Origin: a virus
Taxonomy: Duplodnaviria > Heunggongvirae > Uroviricota > Caudoviricetes
IMG/VR virus record: IMGVR_UViG_3300010885_065725
Reading direction: 5' to 3' (one strand)
DNA: 64,000 nt
Made by a program: the position numbers and the translations under genes. Shown in pieces: positions 9,963 through 19,185 of the stretch. Numbering within the stretch: the stretch's first letter is position 1; the number at the start of each line of letters is the position of its first letter. The notes beneath the pieces are model-generated. The model did not search any database, was not told where the DNA came from, and saw only the letters and a program-made list of their open reading frames with translations.

Positions 9963-11681
9963 TCAAACAGAAATTTCTTCTATCAACGAAAAATTTCCTG
10001 TCTTTTCTGCTTTAAGATGTCGCCATTTTTCTGGAACATCCGAGATAGTATGAGAAACAATAAAAATATTTCTGTCGCCCATGTCATCTAACAATTTAAC
10101 AATTGCATCTGTTCCTACAGTGTCCATGCTACTGCTGAACAATTCATCGAATATCAGAAGGTTTGTATTGCAAGTATTCTTTCCTTCTGATATCTTACGG
10201 AACGCAAATAATACTGCAAGATTAATTCGTTGTTTCTCTCCTTCACTGAAATTTTGATATTTCATCAGATCTCTGTGTCGTGCCTTGATTGTCTCACCAA
10301 AACCTTCGTCCAGAGTAAAATTAACATAGAAATCAAGTTCTTGTAGATAATAATTTATCAATTGGTTCAATATAGGAACATATTTCTTTATAATATTAGA
10401 TTTGATTCCGGTATCTTTTAGAAGTTCTGCACAAACTTTATAATTATATATCTGTTGCGAAAGAATTTCTTTTTTCTCCTGCATATCAATAATTTTCTTT
10501 TCTATATCAATAATATCATTAGATTCTTTTTCTGTATTGATAGATTCCAATAATTTTACCAATTCCTTCTGTTGTGAACCAATAGTCCAAACATTTTTGC
10601 TCTTCAATTTATCTAGTTCTGCAATCTTATTGTCCTGCTCTCTTATTTTATTCATTACAACAAGAATAGCATTATATTCTTCTTCATATTTCTGCAATTT
10701 TGTGTCTGCTTTCTGGATTGCATCATTCAATGTAGAAATTTTTGTTTCGAACTGCTCAAGTTTCTGTTCTTTTAATTCTGAATCAATCTGTTGTGTGCAT
10801 GTAGGACATGAAGTTTTTGTATGGAAAAATTTGATTTCCTTTTCTTGTTCTCTGATCTGATACAGATATAATTTTTTATATTCTACTATTTTAGATTTCT
10901 TTTCTGATATGTCAGGCATCGCAGAAGTATTTTCATATAGATCAGTACGAATTTTTATGTGTGATTCTATTGACATATCAATACTTTCATTATCTTTTTC
11001 GCACACATCAATATTTTTTATCAAATCATTTTTTGTGTTACTTCTGTCCTGCTTAATTGCATCAATATATTTCTGTAATGACCATACCTTTTCTGTTGCA
11101 ATCTCTATTGCAGTATCTATTTCTCTTTTGTCCTGCACAACAGAATCATTCTGATCTTTAAGCAATTTTTTCATTGCCGTAAATACTTTTATGTCAAGCA
11201 GATCTTCTATGATAGTCCTGCGATCCCCTGCAGACAATTGCATGAATGGAACATACGATGCCGAACCAAGAATGACCAGTTGCGTAAAAGATTTATAATT
11301 CAATTTCAGTATCTGATCTTCTAGTATCTTCTGATAATCTTTTGTTGCTGCGTCCTGATTCTGTAATATTCCGTTCTCATATATCTCGAATATTGCAGGT
11401 TTTATTCCTCGAATAATTTTATATTCTTTTGTGCCAATATTGAAATGTAATTCTACTACACAATTCTTTGCATTAATAGAATTTACTACTGTTCCTTTTG
11501 TTATTTCTCTGAATGCTCTATTATAGAGCACAAAACATATCGTGTCCAGAATGCATGTAGATTTCCCACTACCATTTTTCCCAGAAATAAAGGTAACAGG
11601 AGAAGAATCAAGAGATATCTCTGTAGGAGCATTGCCATACGAAAGGAAATTCTGAAAAATAATTTTTTTGAATAGTATCAT
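9963..11681 (-). CDS. 46: recombination endonuclease ATPase subunit (gp46, Rad50/SbcC-like)
   Basis: N-terminal FQNFLSYGN...FISGKNGSGKST (Walker A), long coiled-coil middle, and C-terminal LLIFDE plus signature region. Length 572 aa vs T4 560 aa. Confidence 0.8.
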   Translation of the reverse strand: MILFKKIIFQNFLSYGNAPTEISLDSSPVTFISGKNGSGKSTCILDTICFVLYNRAFREITKGTVVNSINAKNCVVELHFNIGTKEYKIIRGIKPAIFEIYENGILQNQDAATKDYQKILEDQILKLNYKSFTQLVILGSASYVPFMQLSAGDRRTIIEDLLDIKVFTAMKKLLKDQNDSVVQDKREIDTAIEIATEKVWSLQKYIDAIKQDRSNTKNDLIKNIDVCEKDNESIDMSIESHIKIRTDLYENTSAMPDISEKKSKIVEYKKLYLYQIREQEKEIKFFHTKTSCPTCTQQIDSELKEQKLEQFETKISTLNDAIQKADTKLQKYEEEYNAILVVMNKIREQDNKIAELDKLKSKNVWTIGSQQKELVKLLESINTEKESNDIIDIEKKIIDMQEKKEILSQQIYNYKVCAELLKDTGIKSNIIKKYVPILNQLINYYLQELDFYVNFTLDEGFGETIKARHRDLMKYQNFSEGEKQRINLAVLFAFRKISEGKNTCNTNLLIFDELFSSSMDTVGTDAIVKLLDDMGDRNIFIVSHTISDVPEKWRHLKAEKTGNFSLIEEISV

Positions 11682-11753
11682 AATATATATTTTTTACAAA
11701 AAGAATTTTAAAAGTGGTATAATTATACCACCATTGAAATTAATAGAGGGGAT

Positions 11754-11948
11754 TTATTTTGAAGTTTTATTTTGTTGTACTACTTTCCAATTGTAGAATG
11801 CATCCTCTTTCAGTCTACTGAGATCCATTTTCAATGATTCATTAATCTCAGTCAACTTTTGCATATATTCTTCGCACTTTTTATCTCGGATGAAATGAAT
11901 TGTCATCTGTTCTCGCGTTCCCTCGTCATATATTACTGTTCCCTTCAT
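11754..11948 (-). CDS. hypothetical protein
   Basis: 64-aa ORF between gp46 and gp47. Confidence 0.25.
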   Translation of the reverse strand: MKGTVIYDEGTREQMTIHFIRDKKCEEYMQKLTEINESLKMDLSRLKEDAFYNWKVVQQNKTSK

Positions 11949-11954
11949 GAGAAT

Positions 11955-12188
11955 TTATCCCAACAAAATATCTTTAATTTCATCTTTACCATTAATTGTT
12001 TCTCTCAATTTTATAGGAGAATAAAATAATGATCCGGTTTCCAGAGATTTATAAATGAATGCAGATTCATTTGTTTCTGGATTGATTGCTGTTCCAACGT
12101 ATTTATATTCCATGTTCGTCTCGTGTAGTCTGAATTTCATTTTCTTTGTCTCTTTCATTTTTGACATCCTCTGGTTTTTTATTTCCAA
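11955..12188 (-). CDS. hypothetical protein
   Basis: 77-aa ORF between gp46 and gp47. Confidence 0.25.
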   Translation of the reverse strand: MEIKNQRMSKMKETKKMKFRLHETNMEYKYVGTAINPETNESAFIYKSLETGSLFYSPIKLRETINGKDEIKDILLG

Positions 12189-12271
12189 AAATTATGTCCC
12201 AATTATCATTATATTTCTGTTTGTCCATTTTTCTCTGTGCACTTCCCTTGCCACCATGCCATCCACTCATA

Positions 12272-13324
12272 TTAATTACTCGCTTCGATATATAATTTGT
12301 TGAAAATTTCTTTTATGTTATTACTATTTATATTATCTATTCCATCGATATAATTATTTATAATTTCCATTGTGTCATATATATCATTGCCTTCTTCTGA
12401 ATCTTCTGGGACACTATCATCAATATATTCAAAAGTTTCTTCTATTATCTTTAGATCTGCAGGGTTGTTATTCTGTAGTTGCAATATGAACTTATCATAT
12501 GCCTTTACGTCTCCTCTGTCCTCTACAGTCAACTTTATTATCTTTCCGACATATTGACTAAGATCTTTCGAAAAGTCCTTGTTATAGACGATTTTCTCGT
12601 ATATCGTAAAAGGATTTCTTATTTCTTCCATAGTTCCTGTATCTGTATCGTACACATGGAAATATTTTGGGTCGTCTGCATCTACCATAGTTATTTCATA
12701 TGGCGTACCTACATATGTTATATTGCCTTTATTTGACTTTGTATGATAGTGCCCACTCCAACAATTATCAAATTTCTTTAAAAATCCGGATTCCATTCCT
12801 TCCTTCATTTCGTATCCCTTGTTCATCGCAAACCCAGAAAGTTCAAGATGTCCGAATGCAACCTTACATTTAGTGTTCTTTATAGAGACAGAAGTTTCTT
12901 CTTCGTTCCCTTTGCATATCCATGGGAGCAATAATACAGTAGAATATTTCCCTTCGTCAGAAAATTTATATTCTGTCGGTTTCTTTATTACTTCAATATT
13001 TTTATATTTCTCAAGAAATAATTCAGAAAAAGAAATCTCTAATGTGTCCTTGTAGAATATATCATGGTTTCCAAGAATAGTTACCAGACGTATATTCTCT
13101 TCTTCAAAAATATCAAAGAAATACTTTTTTGCATTGTATATAGAAAGATGATTAGAAGTTTTTCTGCAATCTACTATATCTCCTAACTGAAGAACAACAT
13201 CAATGTTATGTTCTTTTATGTAAGGAAAAAATATTTCTTTATAAAATTTTTTAAAATATTCATCGAATATTGGGGATGCATTATGTACACCAAAATGAGT
13301 ATCTCCCAGAACAGCAATTTTCAT
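12272..13324 (-). CDS. 47: recombination nuclease subunit (gp47, Mre11/SbcD-like)
   Basis: Metallophosphoesterase motifs MKIAVLGDTHFG, LQLGDIVD, GNHD, GHYH. 350 aa vs T4 339 aa. Adjacent to gp46. Confidence 0.8.
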   Translation of the reverse strand: MKIAVLGDTHFGVHNASPIFDEYFKKFYKEIFFPYIKEHNIDVVLQLGDIVDCRKTSNHLSIYNAKKYFFDIFEEENIRLVTILGNHDIFYKDTLEISFSELFLEKYKNIEVIKKPTEYKFSDEGKYSTVLLLPWICKGNEEETSVSIKNTKCKVAFGHLELSGFAMNKGYEMKEGMESGFLKKFDNCWSGHYHTKSNKGNITYVGTPYEITMVDADDPKYFHVYDTDTGTMEEIRNPFTIYEKIVYNKDFSKDLSQYVGKIIKLTVEDRGDVKAYDKFILQLQNNNPADLKIIEETFEYIDDSVPEDSEEGNDIYDTMEIINNYIDGIDNINSNNIKEIFNKLYIEASN

Positions 13325-13789
13325 TTATTTCCACTCCCAAGTTTTGGAATCTTGTATTTTAATTTTTTGTAGCCACAATATCGCTTTTGCTAATATTTCT
13401 TCTGAATCTCTAAAACTTCCTAGTGCAGTATTGCATCCATTACAGAGATATCCTCTGATTGTTCCTGTATGATGACAATGATCAAGTTTTGCATGTTTTG
13501 CCGTTACCTTGTCTCCACAGATAGGACAATTAAATTCTGTCGGGGGAAGAGGATATGATTTTTTTATTATAGGATTAATGGCTTTCTTTGTGCTTCTGCA
13601 TGATATACAAGAAGGTCTTCTTAAAATTCTAAATTTCTCTGCAGAACTGGCATCGAAAAATTTTCTATTTGCCTCAAAAGATTCTAAAGGCAACTCTTTT
13701 TCGCATGTTTTGCAGATTTTTGTTTCTTTAGAGATTTTTTCGCCAAATAAATTTATCATATCTATAATATAAAAAAATGGGGATGACAC
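13325..13789 (-). CDS. 49: recombination endonuclease VII-like (gp49 family) with extra N-terminal zinc ribbon
   Basis: AKLDHCHHTGTIRGYLCNGCNTALG aligns by eye with T4 endonuclease VII NHLDHDHELNGPKAGKVRGLLCNLCNAAEG. Additional CKTC...CISC pair at the N-terminus. Confidence 0.55.
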   Translation of the reverse strand: MSSPFFYIIDMINLFGEKISKETKICKTCEKELPLESFEANRKFFDASSAEKFRILRRPSCISCRSTKKAINPIIKKSYPLPPTEFNCPICGDKVTAKHAKLDHCHHTGTIRGYLCNGCNTALGSFRDSEEILAKAILWLQKIKIQDSKTWEWK

Positions 13790-14130
13790 ATCTCCGCTAC
13801 GCAGAAATATGAAATCCCCTAATTAAAAATGGTCGTCTATTATAATCCGGACGATACGGATACTTGTTTGTACCATTGGTACATCAATTGGCTGGGGATG
13901 ATGAAGTCGAATCACCGATGACTGGATCAAAACCAGTTGCCTTACCGCTTGGCTAATCCCCAATAAATTTATCAGTATATTTTTAAAAATATACTGATAT
14001 TCGTAGTGTCACTACGATTCACCCAAATACTTTTAAGAATATACTGATTCGTATTAGCACTACGATTCGACACATTTTACCTTGCCCTTGCGGTCATGCT
14101 CCGCAGCTCAGTATATTCTTAATATAATTG
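13790..14130. ncRNA. structured non-coding region (candidate small RNAs, as in T4 tRNA-region stable RNAs)
   Basis: About 340 nt without ORFs, GC-richer than surroundings. Multiple hairpins (GGGGAT..ATCCCC twice, GTACCATTGGTAC palindrome). Two tandem ~35-nt repeats each carrying TCGTAGTG-CACTACGA-type stems (approximately 13985-14075). Directly abuts the tRNA genes. Confidence 0.3.
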
Positions 14131-14200
14131 GGAACCTTGTGGGAATCGAACCCACGTTATTCCCCACAGAGCGTCCTAACCACTAGACGATAAGAATAAA
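14131..14200 (-). pseudogene. degenerate tRNA-like element
   Basis: Minus strand has a canonical T-arm GTGGG-TTCGATT-CCCAC and a tRNA-Glu/Asp-like D-arm TCGTCTAGTGGTTAGGAC. The anticodon arm is about 6 nt short and no complementary acceptor stem is found. Confidence 0.25.
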
Positions 14201-14201
14201 C

Positions 14202-14277
14202 TGGTGAGCCGAGAGGAATTTGAATCCCCACTCATCGACTTATGAGGTCGCTGCATTAACCATTATGCTATCGGCTC
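14202..14277 (-). tRNA. tRNA-Met/Ile (anticodon CAU)
   Basis: Hand-folded 76-nt cloverleaf on the minus strand: acceptor GAGCCGA/TCGGCTC, D-arm GCAT-AATGGTTA-ATGC, anticodon arm GCGAC-CTCATAA-GTCGA (one mismatch at 27:43), T-arm GGGGA-TTCAAAT-TCCTC (one G:U), encoded CCA. Confidence 0.6.
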
Positions 14278-14371
14278 AAAACTAAAAATATAATAAATAG
14301 TTACACAATATATTACCTAAGGGTTCAAATTTATATAAAATAGCGTCCCTGCTATATTATATTATAAATTA

Positions 14372-14530
14372 CTTCTTTTTGCCTGTACCATTTCCAGTAT
14401 TTCCGCAAATAGTACATCTATTTGCTTCACCTCTGTTGTTTTTTGTCCACAATCTCATACCTTTGCCATATTCTTTTGATTGAAATACTGCAGAAGGTGA
14501 ATTATCTGGGCAATTACATGCTTTTATCAT
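14372..14530 (-). CDS. small zinc-ribbon protein (53 aa)
   Basis: Hand-translated: MIKACNCPDNSPSAVFQSKEYGKGMRLWTKNNRGEANRCTICGNTGNGTGKKK (CxC...CxxC). Below the 60-aa cutoff of the ORF track. Confidence 0.25.
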
Positions 14531-14546
14531 AATATATTTCCTATTT

Positions 14547-14744
14547 TTATACTAATTCGCCTTCTTTTGCTGTTTCTGCTTCTTCTTGGCTCTTCTTTTC
14601 TGCCAATTGAGCTTCACCTTGTTCACGGATTTTAGTAATCAGCGCAAAAATATCTTCAAAAGGATGTTTTCCTAATGATGCAAGGATAGCATTTACATCT
14701 GCAACAGTCAATGTAATATTTAATTCAATTTCAGATTCGTTCAT
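14547..14744 (-). CDS. hypothetical acidic protein
   Basis: 65-aa ORF upstream of the helicase gene. Confidence 0.3.
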   Translation of the reverse strand: MNESEIELNITLTVADVNAILASLGKHPFEDIFALITKIREQGEAQLAEKKSQEEAETAKEGELV

Positions 14745-14819
14745 GGTTATTTCCTGTTTAGTTGTGGTTGTGTATTTAAAGATTAGTATTATATATCATT
14801 TTTTTACATTTGTCAAGCT

Positions 14820-16331
14820 TTATTTTATTGTTACATCAATTATTTTATAATCAAACTTTTCTTCTGCATAATAATTTATTCTTTCCTGAAAATGTTTCAG
14901 AGTATGGTTCTGATTGCTCTTGTGAGAAATATCATCTGCAATGTCAAACATTATACACCCTTTTTTATTTTCTGCAAGTCTTAATATTCTTCCCAGTGAC
15001 TGCAGAACTTTTATTCTGCTTTTATATGGAGAACAAAGTACAAGATTATTCAATTTCTTTATTGATACTCCTGTACTAAAAATTCCGTATGATGCAACAA
15101 TAATTGCTCCATCAGAATTCTCTACTAATTTTCTTGTTTCTTCTCTTATGTCTGCAGAAATCTTTCCATGAAGAAAATATACTTTCTTGTGTCCAGCTTC
15201 CTTCAGCATTTTCTGTATCATATCACCATGCTTAATTCTTGTAAACAATAAAAGTGTATTTCCTTTCATTTGCATTGAAAGTTTCACAATAAATTTATTT
15301 CTGTTTTCATTTATAGATATAAAATCCATTTCAGATTTATAATCTATATCTATAAATAATTTTCTTGTTTCTGCAGGATAATTCAAAAGAAGACATTTTA
15401 TTTTTAACTGTGCGACATGATTATTTTTCATCAGTGTTGCAGTAGTAGTAGTATTGTATTCTTTTCCTGTCAGACCTTCTATCACTAATTTATGTGCCTT
15501 TGCTCCCTGCAATGTTCCTGTTGCTCCCATACGGTACTGAATATTATGAGCGTTCTCATATATAGATGTAAGAGATTTACCTATGATACCATGACATTCG
15601 TCCGTTATTATGGCATCGAATCCTCCTATTCTGTTTCCTTCTTTCATTGTCCCACTATAATATGGTGGTTTCAATTTGTATATTGACTGCCATGTAGTGA
15701 ATACAATTCTTTTGCCATAGTCGTCCTTGTCCATTCCTGCATAGACAGAATGGCAATATTTATGTATGTTCCACCCAGAGGCAGTAGAATAATCTGCAAA
15801 ATCTGATCTCATTTGTGTGACAAGAGAAATAGAAGGGAAAATAAATAATGCCCTTTTTATTAAATTATTGTCCAACAAATATCTTATAATAGAATACAAT
15901 ATCAAAGATTTTCCGGAAGACGTAGGAGAAACGAGAAGACATTTTTTTTCATTGATTGCATGATGTATCGCAGCAATCTGATAGTCTCTTGTTTCTATTG
16001 GCTTTCCATTGGAATGTGGTCTAATAATTTCTGTTATATATGTCTTTATTTCTTCTATAGAAACATCATTTTTTTCTATAACAGTTTCGTCAACATAGTC
16101 ATATCCAGAAGCATTCAAAAACTCTATCACATGAGAATACAATCCAGAATATATCATTCTTGTATTGATATTGAATAATCTTAGGCGACCATCCCACATT
16201 TTATTTTTATAGGCTGGCATGAACTGATATCCGTCTACCATAAAACTAAAATGATTCTGCAGTTCCATTGAGACACATGGTTCGCACAATATTCTCAAAT
16301 ATACTTCATTATATTTCGATATTGTTATCAT
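14820..16331 (-). CDS. uvsW: SF2 DNA/RNA helicase (T4 UvsW-like)
   Basis: Helicase motifs TRDYQ, SPTSSGKS (Walker A), DECH, TGTL. 503 aa vs T4 UvsW at about 502 aa. Immediately upstream of a UvsY homologue, as in T4. Confidence 0.6.
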   Translation of the reverse strand: MITISKYNEVYLRILCEPCVSMELQNHFSFMVDGYQFMPAYKNKMWDGRLRLFNINTRMIYSGLYSHVIEFLNASGYDYVDETVIEKNDVSIEEIKTYITEIIRPHSNGKPIETRDYQIAAIHHAINEKKCLLVSPTSSGKSLILYSIIRYLLDNNLIKRALFIFPSISLVTQMRSDFADYSTASGWNIHKYCHSVYAGMDKDDYGKRIVFTTWQSIYKLKPPYYSGTMKEGNRIGGFDAIITDECHGIIGKSLTSIYENAHNIQYRMGATGTLQGAKAHKLVIEGLTGKEYNTTTTATLMKNNHVAQLKIKCLLLNYPAETRKLFIDIDYKSEMDFISINENRNKFIVKLSMQMKGNTLLLFTRIKHGDMIQKMLKEAGHKKVYFLHGKISADIREETRKLVENSDGAIIVASYGIFSTGVSIKKLNNLVLCSPYKSRIKVLQSLGRILRLAENKKGCIMFDIADDISHKSNQNHTLKHFQERINYYAEEKFDYKIIDVTIK

Positions 16332-16787
16332 TTATCCTCCCATAGTGAGAGTCTGCCATGCAATATAATTTTTTATATCATAGCTGCGACTATGCAAACT
16401 TTTCATTATAGATTCTAATGTATATATGACAGTCTCCATATATACGACCTTATCATAAAATTTACTGAGTTCTTTATCAGAATTCAATATTTCATTCATT
16501 TCCGTTTTCAGAGGTTTATTTTCTTGGTACTGATCCCAATTTTTTTGTAGTAATTCTTCTTTGGTCAATTTGCCAGTATAATACCGCTGACGCAATGATT
16601 TCATTGCATTGTATTCATTGTATATCTTTCTGAGTTTTAATTTGTAGGCAGACAGTAATTCGAGGTATTTTGCATGTAAAGAAGGAACTTTTATGCTTTC
16701 TGTTGCGATATCGTTTCTGTCTACTACAGAATCAATTTTCCATGCCGAATTAATTTCATCAAGATTCATAATATATTTTTCTGCCAT
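16332..16787 (-). CDS. uvsY: recombination mediator UvsY-like
   Basis: C-terminal half (LRQRYYTGKLTKEELL..SDKELSKFYDKVVYMETVIYTLESIMKSLHSRSYDIKNYI) aligns by eye with T4 UvsY (LKARLDYYSG..SADKDVLKVDTSLQYWGILLDFCSGALDAIKSRGFAIKHI). Confidence 0.55.
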   Translation of the reverse strand: MAEKYIMNLDEINSAWKIDSVVDRNDIATESIKVPSLHAKYLELLSAYKLKLRKIYNEYNAMKSLRQRYYTGKLTKEELLQKNWDQYQENKPLKTEMNEILNSDKELSKFYDKVVYMETVIYTLESIMKSLHSRSYDIKNYIAWQTLTMGG

Positions 16788-16845
16788 ATTTAAAAATAAA
16801 TGTTATATATCTATTTATATAAAAAATATGACATGAAATATTTTT

Positions 16846-17535
16846 TTATTGTTGAAATGTATACCTGTGCACATGGATAGCATTACCATTGCTGTCCCGA
16901 TATTTTTCTGGTTCATTACCATCTGATTCTAAAGAACCACCGCGTGGAATAATTATTTTATTTTTGTTTTTTGGAAATACCGGATTACCTTCGGTATCTT
17001 TTGCTCTGCCAATGATACCAACTTTTGTTCCCTGTGGAATATCGACTCTTGCAACATGGCGAACAATTTCTCCGTTAGAGGTATTTGCAATGGTTTTACC
17101 GATATGTGGAGAAATATCTCCTAGATGTGGTGTCTGCACAGGAAAACTATTATTACCGACCATATTCTTGTTCATTGGCATATGCACAGTAACATTTGAT
17201 TTCAATTTGTGTTGTCTGGATGCCGTATCAAATTCTTTGATATTATGATCTCCAAATGAAGATCCAGCAGTTGTTTTGGAATTTGCAGACGCAACAAAAT
17301 GATCATCTAATGGTTTCGGATCGTCAAGATATTTTTTGATATGATGCACAGAATATTCATCTGTCTTTTTATGTGCAGATGCCAGCTTTCGCATTATCAT
17401 ATCTGAACCACTTTCATTTTTCTTTATGTCAGAATTTCCTCCAAGATGAGAATTAAAATTCTTTCTGGCATAATCATCCCAGTTCCGTTCAATATTATCT
17501 GCTTCTTCTGCAAGATATTCTTTAAATGTTTTCAT
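16846..17535 (-). CDS. internal head protein-like (T4 IP-type capsid targeting sequence)
   Basis: N-terminus MKTFKEYLAEEAD closely matches the T4 IPI/IPII/IPIII capsid-targeting sequence MKTYQEFIAEA. LxE-type sites for the prohead protease are present. Hydrophilic and unstructured-looking. Confidence 0.5.
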   Translation of the reverse strand: MKTFKEYLAEEADNIERNWDDYARKNFNSHLGGNSDIKKNESGSDMIMRKLASAHKKTDEYSVHHIKKYLDDPKPLDDHFVASANSKTTAGSSFGDHNIKEFDTASRQHKLKSNVTVHMPMNKNMVGNNSFPVQTPHLGDISPHIGKTIANTSNGEIVRHVARVDIPQGTKVGIIGRAKDTEGNPVFPKNKNKIIIPRGGSLESDGNEPEKYRDSNGNAIHVHRYTFQQ

Positions 17536-17966
17536 CGTTTGTCTAATCCGAATTCATAAGGTGAATCTGCATTGGTATACAGATGTTTTGCTGGATGTTT
17601 TTCATGAACTATTTTATAATCATCAAGATGTGATTCTCCATGATCTTTTGCATATGGTTTATGTATTGTTACCCAATCCCCATGATTTATTTTATCTGGA
17701 GCAGATTTTGGTACTGCCCTATATACATCGACCATAGATTCTGGTTTATTTTTTAAAGAATGTATTTTAGCAAAAACTGCTTTATCCCCAGATTTACCTG
17801 TACCATAATATTGTACTGCCTTATTAGAATATACATCATTTGGATACATCCCATTTGCAGTAACATCATGCAATGGTGCGCCAGAATCTTTGTTTGGTGC
17901 AGTATGAGATCCTTTATATTCTTCGTCTTCTAGTAATTTACCAATGAAAATTTTAAATGTTTTCAT
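17532..17966 (-). CDS. internal head protein-like (second paralogous capsid-targeting N-terminus)
   Basis: N-terminus MKTFKIFIGKLLEDEE. Start overlaps the upstream IP-like gene. Confidence 0.4.
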   Translation of the reverse strand: MKTFKIFIGKLLEDEEYKGSHTAPNKDSGAPLHDVTANGMYPNDVYSNKAVQYYGTGKSGDKAVFAKIHSLKNKPESMVDVYRAVPKSAPDKINHGDWVTIHKPYAKDHGESHLDDYKIVHEKHPAKHLYTNADSPYEFGLDKR

Positions 17967-17984
17967 TATTCTCTCCTTTATTTT

Positions 17985-18515
17985 CTAATGAAATTTAAAA
18001 TATGTGTATCTGAAGGTTGCATTGCATGTGATATATGTAGTATCTTCTGCAGTTGTTCCAAATGTGAGTGTAGATATCCTAATAGGAAACAAATCTGTAA
18101 AATGAACATCTAAATTTATATTATTATTATTTGTTAAAATACTCAATATTCCGTCAGATGTCAATTGTGATTGACCATTCACAGATGTTCTGCCAAATAG
18201 ACGCTTTTTCTCGCTCTCACTGAATTCTTTGAATTGATCCAATGATTCGGGATGACCAAGACCATATATCCAGTGTTGCAATTCCTTGTAGTTTTTTAGA
18301 TCTTCGTCCACAATAAAAGAAAGTTCTAAATCATCGTAATCTATTTTATCTGAAGGTACATGATAATCTTGTACTGGAGTACCAATATTTATACTTCCCA
18401 TGCTCAATTCAGGTATTGGACAGACTTGAGTAAAAAATGTCACAGTAGGTATCTTGTCTATCACAAGACGAAATCCTAGCTGCGAAAGAAATTTTGGTTG
18501 ATTTGGTAGAAGCAT
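17985..18515 (-). CDS. tail tube-fold family protein (gp19/gp48/gp54-like paralog)
   Basis: Pattern PKFLSQLGFRLVIDKIP..FFTQVCPIPE..DYDDLELSF resembles the gp19 N-terminal pattern (NLFQVEI..FQCKATALP..IPV..DRTFDDW). Confidence 0.3.
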   Translation of the reverse strand: MLLPNQPKFLSQLGFRLVIDKIPTVTFFTQVCPIPELSMGSINIGTPVQDYHVPSDKIDYDDLELSFIVDEDLKNYKELQHWIYGLGHPESLDQFKEFSESEKKRLFGRTSVNGQSQLTSDGILSILTNNNNINLDVHFTDLFPIRISTLTFGTTAEDTTYITCNATFRYTYFKFH

Positions 18516-19035
18516 TATTTATTTTCCAGAATTTTTTTTATATAAATAGTATTTATACATTAAATGTATTGAAAAAAAATGTATTGCCCCCATGTCATAT
18601 TTTGACATTACAAGAATTTCACCCTGCATAGTAATTGCAGAGATGTGTAAGTACAGATATCAGAACTGGAAATGGTCTGATTTATATTGGTACAAAGAAT
18701 TCGAAATTGCATGACAAAATACAGGAAAGTCATGTCTAAAATAAATACCGTATATGATGGTGTGAAACAAAACCTATATAGATACTGCTAATGACTTGAT
18801 TTAGTATCTATTACCGCTGGGATCTCAGTAAACAGATGTAAATGCAGACAGCCCAACCACTGCTTCCTTTTAATAATAAAGGTTTTCTTCAAGTATCTTT
18901 TCGAGAGATTATATGCATATGTGCTTTCTGTTTCGTAGAATGTTTCTTTTTTTTTATGTTACAGAAAGTATTATAATTTTTTCAGATTTTATCTTTCACA
19001 GGTAAAATCTATCCTCCTGAATTCTGCAACAGAAA

Positions 19036-19152
19036 AAGCTTCTGCAAAAGAAATCAAAAAATAAAAAAAAAGAAAAGCTTCTGCAAAAGAAATCAAAAAA
19101 TAAAAAAAAAGAAAAGCTTCTGCAAAAGAAATCAAAAAGAAAAGAAAATATA
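19036..19152. repeat. three tandem 39-bp direct repeats (iteron-like)
   Basis: Unit AAGCTTCTGCAAAAGAAATCAAAAAATAAAAAAAAAGAA repeats with AAGCTT at 19036, 19075 and 19114. A fourth partial copy (AAAAAGCTTCTGCAAAA) is at 21181-21200. Confidence 0.7.
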
Positions 19153-19156
19153 TAAA

Positions 19157-19185
19157 TTGACAATAAAAGAAAAATAATATATAAT
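19157..19185 (+). promoter_or_regulatory. consensus sigma70-type (T4 early-like) promoter
   Basis: TTGACA(19157-19162), 17-bp spacer, TATAAT(19180-19185), about 37 bp upstream of the ATG at 19222. Confidence 0.6.

Noticed and set aside
14131-14200. A second functional tRNA next to tRNA(CAU)
   Set aside because: T-arm and D-arm are canonical but the anticodon stem-loop is about 6 nt too short and no 5' acceptor strand pairs with the 3' strand. Recorded as a degenerate tRNA-like element instead.
16846-17535. Baseplate wedge gp25 (expected after uvsY by T4 synteny)
   Set aside because: Size (229 aa vs 132 aa) and sequence do not fit gp25. The N-terminus instead matches the internal-protein capsid targeting sequence.
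19036-19152. CRISPR array
   Set aside because: The repeats are contiguous 39-bp direct repeats with no unique spacers between them and A-rich composition. They are iteron or regulatory-like, not CRISPR.
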